Virus record (IMG/VR): IMGVR_UViG_3300020045_002400
Span: 1 to 33,231 of that record
Origin: a virus
Lineage: Duplodnaviria; Caudoviricetes
Direction: 5' to 3' (one strand)
DNA: 33,231 nucleotides
The position numbers and the translations under genes were made by a program. The notes under the pieces were generated by a model. That model did no database searches, was not told the origin of the DNA, and worked only from the letters and a program-made list of their open reading frames with translations. Numbering within the stretch: the first letter of the stretch is position 1; each line of letters opens with the position of its first letter. Shown piece after piece: positions 27,764 through 33,231 of this stretch.

Positions 27764-28849
27764 ATGACTGTTTCCGAAATCCACATAGGCTTAGGAATAC
27801 TGTTACAGAAGGTAAATACACATAAATCAAAGAACTTCCTACCACAGGAATTAGATATGTTATTTAACTTTACATCTTTAAATTATAAAGATAAACGAAC
27901 AGATTCCCTTTCTAATCCAAAACAAGTATCACTTTTTGATACTCAAACAACCTTAGATAGTCTTAATAGTTTATTTGAAACAGAAACATTATATCCAATA
28001 AGTAATACTAAAGAGGAAGCAGTTATATTGCTTCCTCTTGATTTTTACGGTTGGATTAGTGCTTCTGCTAACGTAGCTTATGACTGTACAGGTACTTATA
28101 CTACACAAATTGGTGGTGTTATAACTAAAGAGTATTCTATGGTTAATTTAAAAAACATAAATTTAACTAATATAACAAGTTTTAAAATTGAACTTAATTA
28201 TGTAGATAAAAATAATGTTTCACAATTAGTTACTATATTTGATTATACTTTATTACCTAATGACTATTTACCTCAAGATGGTATTAAAGATTATAAACGT
28301 TCTTTTATTTTTATTAATGCTTTAGTTAATACTATTAACTTAAAACTTGTTGATATAAATACAAAGAGTAAAGATAAAATATATTGTAAGTATGATAATA
28401 AAACTGAGCAATTAGTTATTAGTTCTATTAATAATATAATGTTATCTTTAACTACTAATGTAGCTGGTTATTCTTTTATTATTAAAAATACTGTTAGTGA
28501 TAAAATTAATCTTATTACTGGACTTACTTCTCCTGTTGCAATTAGTGACTTAGAATATAATCCGTATATAAACAATTCACACCTCTCACATAGCCGAGAA
28601 AGTGAAATACGAGCCGACAGGACTAGGGAAAACATGAAAGTATATATTCCAAAAGGGTTAACATTTTCAAGCCTTACGCTCCATTATATCCGTAAACCTC
28701 GACAAATTGACTACCTTTTGGGTATAGGTTCAGATTTACCTAATGATATAGTTAATAAAATAATAGCTGATACAGCTCAATTTATTAAAGGTATTATAGC
28801 TTCTGATTCCTATGATAAATTTGTTAGAGAAAATATATTAATTGAATAA
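27764..28849 (+). CDS. Putative tail ring/adaptor protein
   Basis: MTVSEIH...FLPQELDMLFN N-terminus, LPLDF, and LHYIRKPRQI...DLP C-terminus, as in crAss-like ring proteins. Confidence 0.65.
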   Translation: MTVSEIHIGLGILLQKVNTHKSKNFLPQELDMLFNFTSLNYKDKRTDSLSNPKQVSLFDTQTTLDSLNSLFETETLYPISNTKEEAVILLPLDFYGWISASANVAYDCTGTYTTQIGGVITKEYSMVNLKNINLTNITSFKIELNYVDKNNVSQLVTIFDYTLLPNDYLPQDGIKDYKRSFIFINALVNTINLKLVDINTKSKDKIYCKYDNKTEQLVISSINNIMLSLTTNVAGYSFIIKNTVSDKINLITGLTSPVAISDLEYNPYINNSHLSHSRESEIRADRTRENMKVYIPKGLTFSSLTLHYIRKPRQIDYLLGIGSDLPNDIVNKIIADTAQFIKGIIASDSYDKFVRENILIE

Positions 28850-28861
28850 ACAAAAAAGAAG

Positions 28862-29782
28862 ATGGAAAACATTTTATTTGGAACAACAATTCCTGCCCTT
28901 ACAGGTTTAGACTTAGATGATTTAACCGAAGGACAAATCGGTTTACTATTGTATAATACTGATGAACGTACTCCTCCTATTGTTAGAGGTAATGAAGTTA
29001 CTAATACTGAATTATTAACTGCTAAAGGTATTCAATTTGTTAAAAAATCAGGTACTGGTTTTGAAGCGTCTTTGATTATTCCTAATAAAACAACTAATAA
29101 TAGAAACTATCAAGCTTATGTAGCTGGTGTTGCAGGAGTATTTAAAATAGGTGATAACACTTCATCTGGACCTGACCTTACTTTTGCTACCCCAGGAGAG
29201 GGTAATATTAGATTAACTGATTTAACTAATACATATAAAGTAGATAATTTCCCTGCTAATATTAGTGTTACTAAAAAAGCAACAGAAACTAATTTACAAT
29301 ATGTAACTAGAGTAGCTGCAGCTATTAATGCTGATCCCGTTGCTAAACTATTAGTTACTGCTGTTGTTGAAACTAATACAGGAAGATATCAAATTAAATT
29401 AACTACTACTAGTTATAAAATTAAATTAGGTATTGCTGTTGATGGAGTATTTTTACCTTATCAACCTATTACTGTTACACCTAGAGTATTAGCTGTTGGT
29501 TCAGGAGAACAAATGCAAGAAATTGAGAAACAACTTACCGTATTTAAAGGTAATGGTAATTATACTGAATGGTCACAAGAGTATTTTAGTTTACCTTTAG
29601 CTTCTAGTATTGCTACTAATTATAATACATTATCTCTTACTTGGACAGCTATAGCTCAACCTACTGTTTCTACAACAATGGCTGTAGCATCTGTAAATTT
29701 ATTAGTATGTGTACCTGCTGGTGATAGTACATTATTAGATATTTACAATACTTTTATAACTCCTGATGTTGTTGAACCTTAA
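28862..29782 (+). CDS. Virion structural protein (possible auxiliary capsid protein)
   Basis: 306 aa, Thr/Val/Ala-rich, with VAAAINAD and AVGSGEQMQEIE; assigned by synteny. Confidence 0.55.
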   Translation: MENILFGTTIPALTGLDLDDLTEGQIGLLLYNTDERTPPIVRGNEVTNTELLTAKGIQFVKKSGTGFEASLIIPNKTTNNRNYQAYVAGVAGVFKIGDNTSSGPDLTFATPGEGNIRLTDLTNTYKVDNFPANISVTKKATETNLQYVTRVAAAINADPVAKLLVTAVVETNTGRYQIKLTTTSYKIKLGIAVDGVFLPYQPITVTPRVLAVGSGEQMQEIEKQLTVFKGNGNYTEWSQEYFSLPLASSIATNYNTLSLTWTAIAQPTVSTTMAVASVNLLVCVPAGDSTLLDIYNTFITPDVVEP

Positions 29783-29836
29783 TACAGTAGAGAAAACGAC
29801 TTAGTTTTTTAATTAAAATTTTGAATTGATTGTTGG

Positions 29837-29867
29837 AAACCTACTGTTACTTGTTGACAGTAGGTTT
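29837..29867 (+). terminator. Probable intrinsic terminator
   Basis: aaacctactgtta-cttgt-tgacagtaggttt followed by an AT-rich tail. Confidence 0.7.
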
Positions 29868-29891
29868 ATTAATTTTAACCCTATTGATATT

Positions 29892-30998
29892 ATGTATTAT
29901 AAAGATAATTATACTGAAATTAGATTAGGCGTAGGGATTATGGATTTTATTAGTATTCTAGGTATAACCTTAGATTATAAATTAATAAAACTAATACCTA
30001 ATGAACCTGAAATACTTATTGCTGAATTTACATCTGATGAACCTTTAACAGTTTACCCTAAAGATGATGGTAATTATAAATTAGAAGTAGCAAATGAAGC
30101 TTTTACTACTTACTATATTTATATTACTATTAGAGATAAATTTATTACTGAGTTTATTACTAAAATTATAGATACTATTTGTAATTGTGGTTGTAATGAT
30201 ACTTTTAATCCTTGTACTGAAACGCAAATGGGTAATATAGCATTAAAACGTCAAAAGCTATTTAATACCACATCTATATTACCTTACACGATTAAACCCT
30301 TCTCTACGGGCGAGGCTTTAACGACAAATGATAAACTTATATCAATTTATCAACTTTATTATAATACATCTATGGTTGCAAAATTAGATGAATTAGGTAA
30401 AGAATATTTTGATTATTATATTAAAGGTACTAATGTTATTAATATGAAGTTATTTAAAGATATTATAGCTTTAAATTATTATGCTTTATATTATTATACA
30501 AGAACTGAAATATTACCTACTGCATTAGAAAAAAGAAATGAATATATTAAACAAATTGATGCTTTTTTTAATTATAATACAGTTAATACTTGTTTAGCTT
30601 GTACTGACCTTATATCTAATATTGAAGATATAATTAATAATCCCCCTCCTTTTACTTCTCCTGTTATGATTTATTATTGGCAACTTCCTTTATCTAATAC
30701 ATTAGAAGATATTATACCTACTTTTAATGAGCCTGCTTATATAAATAAACCTCATGAAACTTTAGTCGTATTTAATACAGGGGTTGCAATTGAAAATATT
30801 TCTATAGGTCGTTTAGCTTTAGCTGTAACTAATACTGAAAATATTGAATATGAAATTATCGATATTATAACAACTAATAATATAACTGCTTTATTTGAAT
30901 CTCATTATTTTGAAGATTTAGGTGTATTATTATATGTATCTATAGTTCCTTATAGCTTATCTACTTTTAACATTAAAATTAAAAAACTAATACCATAA
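29892..30998 (+). CDS. Putative tail/vertex structural protein
   Basis: The track start 29826 runs through the terminator hairpin, so ATG 29892 is preferred; contains CNCGC and CLAC. Confidence 0.6.
   Translation: MYYKDNYTEIRLGVGIMDFISILGITLDYKLIKLIPNEPEILIAEFTSDEPLTVYPKDDGNYKLEVANEAFTTYYIYITIRDKFITEFITKIIDTICNCGCNDTFNPCTETQMGNIALKRQKLFNTTSILPYTIKPFSTGEALTTNDKLISIYQLYYNTSMVAKLDELGKEYFDYYIKGTNVINMKLFKDIIALNYYALYYYTRTEILPTALEKRNEYIKQIDAFFNYNTVNTCLACTDLISNIEDIINNPPPFTSPVMIYYWQLPLSNTLEDIIPTFNEPAYINKPHETLVVFNTGVAIENISIGRLALAVTNTENIEYEIIDIITTNNITALFESHYFEDLGVLLYVSIVPYSLSTFNIKIKKLIP
30289..30312 (+). repeat. 24-bp motif, single copy
   Basis: cgattaaacccttctctacgggcg inside the CDS. Confidence 0.85.
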
Positions 30999-31000
30999 TT

Positions 31001-31981
31001 ATGCCTAATAATATTATACCACCGAATGATACTCCGGGAAAATTAAGAGTACCCGCTCAAGTAGTATTAGATGCTAAAACAAAAATAGCAACTATAGCTT
31101 CTCTTATAGATTTAGGTCTTGATGATAATTTAGCCTTTACTTATTATAAAGGTTTAGTTGTAAAAGTTGATGAAGATTTAAGTTCTTGGGAATGGAGAGA
31201 GGTTAGTGTTCCTGAAGAAGTTGGATTAAGACCTGTACATTTTTTATATCCTACTGATTATATAGTAGATGGGGTTGATTATTCTAATAAACTTTATAAC
31301 TTTTTTCTACCTAAAGCTATACAAAGTGTATTAACAGGAACAAGTTATAAAAGAACAATAGCACAAATAAGAGCTTTAACTGGTATTTTACCTACTAATC
31401 TTTTTTATACAATTGATTTAGGAAAAGAAGGTAATTGGTATTATGATGCATCGGATACTACAAGTGTAGATAATACAGGAACTGTTTTAGTTACACTAGA
31501 TGGTAAAAGAATTAAGAGAATTTATAAAGACGCTGAAATAGTTTCTTGGTTTGATTCTCCAAATAACTCTACTGATTTAGCTTTATTTAACAAAATAATT
31601 GCATCTTCTACAACTAAAAAAATAATATTTGATAAAGGAACATTTAACTTACAAGCTTCTAATGCTCCTTTAGTAGCTGGATTAACTTTAATAATGCAAG
31701 GTAGTGTTATACAAAATGGTGATTTAACAGGTAATGGGGCAGTAATCGAAAGTACTTATGAATATGAGGCACTTAAATTAAGTTCTTCTGGTGTTTTTGG
31801 ATATACTTCTCAGGTATATTATTATAAAACTATGCAAGTTGCTAAAGCTAGTAGGCACTGGGGAGGAAAAAGAATTGTTACAGGAGGTTTTTGGTATGAA
31901 AATGATGGAGGAGGTGCTGAATATACAATACTAAGTCATTCAGAAGCTAATGCAGATAATATTTATTTTAATAGTTATTGA
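31001..31981 (+). CDS. Tail fibre/tailspike protein, probably truncated
   Basis: Modules [30 protein letters not shown] and [15 protein letters not shown] are typical of tailspike N-terminal regions; ends at TGA next to a compositional shift. Confidence 0.65.
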   Translation: MPNNIIPPNDTPGKLRVPAQVVLDAKTKIATIASLIDLGLDDNLAFTYYKGLVVKVDEDLSSWEWREVSVPEEVGLRPVHFLYPTDYIVDGVDYSNKLYNFFLPKAIQSVLTGTSYKRTIAQIRALTGILPTNLFYTIDLGKEGNWYYDASDTTSVDNTGTVLVTLDGKRIKRIYKDAEIVSWFDSPNNSTDLALFNKIIASSTTKKIIFDKGTFNLQASNAPLVAGLTLIMQGSVIQNGDLTGNGAVIESTYEYEALKLSSSGVFGYTSQVYYYKTMQVAKASRHWGGKRIVTGGFWYENDGGGAEYTILSHSEANADNIYFNSY

Positions 31982-32052
31982 AATAATATATAATGTAGTT
32001 AAATAAAAGACAAAGAATGGTTATTTTAACCATATAAAAAGAGAGGTGTCCC

Positions 32053-32589
32053 ATTTGTGATCCGGTAACAATGACCACAATCGCTGTCGGCGCAACAGTA
32101 GCATCTGGTGCATATTCAGCACACAGTCAATATGCTCAAGGACTTGCTCAAAAGAATCTATATAAAGCTCAAGCTGCTCAAGCTCGTGAACAAGGTGCAT
32201 TAGCTATTCGTGAGTCTGAACGTCAAAGCACTTTAGTTCAAGATACCGCAAAAGAAGAAGGTAAGCGTCTTAAAGAATCCCAAGCAGAATTTAATGCTTC
32301 TACTCGTGCTTCTATGGCAGCTGCTGGTGTTTATGGTGGAACAGCAGAAGATATTCTATCAAACAATATTAACAAAGAACAGCGTGATGAAATGGCTTTG
32401 CGTTATAACGCTGATGTTAAATCTTGGGAAGCTATTACTCAAGGTCGATATAGTAAATGGGCATCTGACGTAGAATCAGAAAATTTAGAATACGCAGGTC
32501 GTCAAGCTAAAAAGGCTGGTAAACGTGCAGCTATTGGTACGTTATTAGGTACGGCTGGATCAGCATTTAATATGGTTAAATTGAAATAA
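32053..32589 (+). CDS. Podovirus-type internal virion (ejection) protein, T7 gp14-like
   Basis: Ala/Gln-rich helical protein with QAEFNASTRASMAAAGV and Gly-rich hydrophobic ends; in-frame upstream ATT-CDPVT gives the typical MCDP start. Confidence 0.65.
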   Translation: MCDPVTMTTIAVGATVASGAYSAHSQYAQGLAQKNLYKAQAAQAREQGALAIRESERQSTLVQDTAKEEGKRLKESQAEFNASTRASMAAAGVYGGTAEDILSNNINKEQRDEMALRYNADVKSWEAITQGRYSKWASDVESENLEYAGRQAKKAGKRAAIGTLLGTAGSAFNMVKLK

Positions 32590-32595
32590 TATAAT

Positions 32596-33231
32596 ATGCC
32601 AAAAATACAAACATATGAGCAAAGAATAGGTTTAGACACACCAAACGTTCCAACCCCCCGTCAACCAGGTAATAATAGTTTATTAATGAGTGGTTTAAAT
32701 GCTGAGTTTGAAGCTAATCAAAACATTGCATCTACCGTCGGTAAATTAGGTGGCATGCTTGGAGATTACGCTAAGCAGCAACAAAAAGAATACAACGATA
32801 CTCTTATTGCTAATAACTATAATAATTATCTTCGTGAGATGGATGATAAGATGTATAGTTCAGAAACAGAGACTGTTGATATTAATGGGCAAAAACAAGA
32901 TCGTATAAAGGGCGTTTTAAACAGACCATTAGATTCTGCTGCTGGATCATTTAATGAAACAGAAAATTATTACAATACAAAAGTACGTAATAAATATTTA
33001 GATTCTATTCCTGATAAAAGTGCTAAGTTAGAATTAGCACGCATGATGGATAAGAATTATTATACGACTTATCGTGAAGCATCTCTAAAACATGAAGCTA
33101 AGCAAGTTCGTGAATCTAAAATTGCACAGTTAATACATCCACGTTTTGGTTTACTTTCTTTTACTTTTTTTATAAATTCAGGTTTATATCTTATCTTCAT
33201 TATTTTAATCCAATATATTGTCCAAGTTCTA
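32596..33231 (+). CDS. Podovirus-type internal virion protein, partial (open to window end; not in ORF track)
   Basis: MPKIQTYEQRIGLDTPNVPTPRQ... with no stop before 33231; the last ~33 codons look unrelated. Confidence 0.55.
   Translation, partial: MPKIQTYEQRIGLDTPNVPTPRQPGNNSLLMSGLNAEFEANQNIASTVGKLGGMLGDYAKQQQKEYNDTLIANNYNNYLREMDDKMYSSETETVDINGQKQDRIKGVLNRPLDSAAGSFNETENYYNTKVRNKYLDSIPDKSAKLELARMMDKNYYTTYREASLKHEAKQVRESKIAQLIHPRFGLLSFTFFINSGLYLIFIILIQYIVQVL

Noticed and set aside
28894-28917. tgcccttac as the missing partner of the 30289 copy
   Set aside because: Only TAAGGGCA matches; there is no CG or Y6 tract, and it is 1.4 kb away.
1985-30312. 24-bp motif as a CRISPR repeat or IS end
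   Set aside because: Copies are dispersed, degenerate and in both orientations, with no spacer array, transposase or target-site duplication.
92-31981. Stop-codon reassignment, as known in some crAss-like phages
   Set aside because: Core genes are full length under the standard code, and reading through the TGA at 31979 hits TAA within four codons.
31978-32593. 13-bp direct repeat ttgaaataatata at 31978 and 32581
   Set aside because: It is almost entirely A/T and plausible by chance; foreign-looking sequence continues past the second copy, so it does not delimit an insertion.

Overview
This is an AT-rich dsDNA phage fragment with the gene content and order of a crAss-like phage (Crassvirales). 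The host is most likely a Bacteroidota, based on a TAnnTTTG promoter and the AT-rich gene leaders. The left arm (1-14941, minus strand) encodes an SF2 helicase, a family A DNA polymerase, a Dda/RecD-like SF1 helicase, a GroES-like protein, an HNH/AP2 endonuclease and many small early-type ORFs separated by arrays of stem-loops. The right arm (15867-31981, plus strand) encodes an HU/IHF-like protein, a PD-(D/E)XK nuclease, a degenerate HAD phosphatase, large terminase, portal, putative scaffold, major capsid protein, ring/auxiliary virion proteins and an apparently truncated tail fibre. The last ~1.2 kb looks like it comes from an unrelated podovirus and is probably a chimeric join. The main unexplained signal is a 24-bp asymmetric motif, CG-W4-(A)(A)-Y6-H-CTA-H-GGGC-R. 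It occurs 9 times, mostly as oppositely oriented pairs, in five clusters spaced 6-8 kb apart, including inside coding sequence. Two other unexplained features are a 301-bp G-free tract mirrored by a C-depleted tract around the strand switch, and several arrays of minus-strand structured-RNA candidates. All protein calls come from motif recognition and synteny by eye; no database searches were run.
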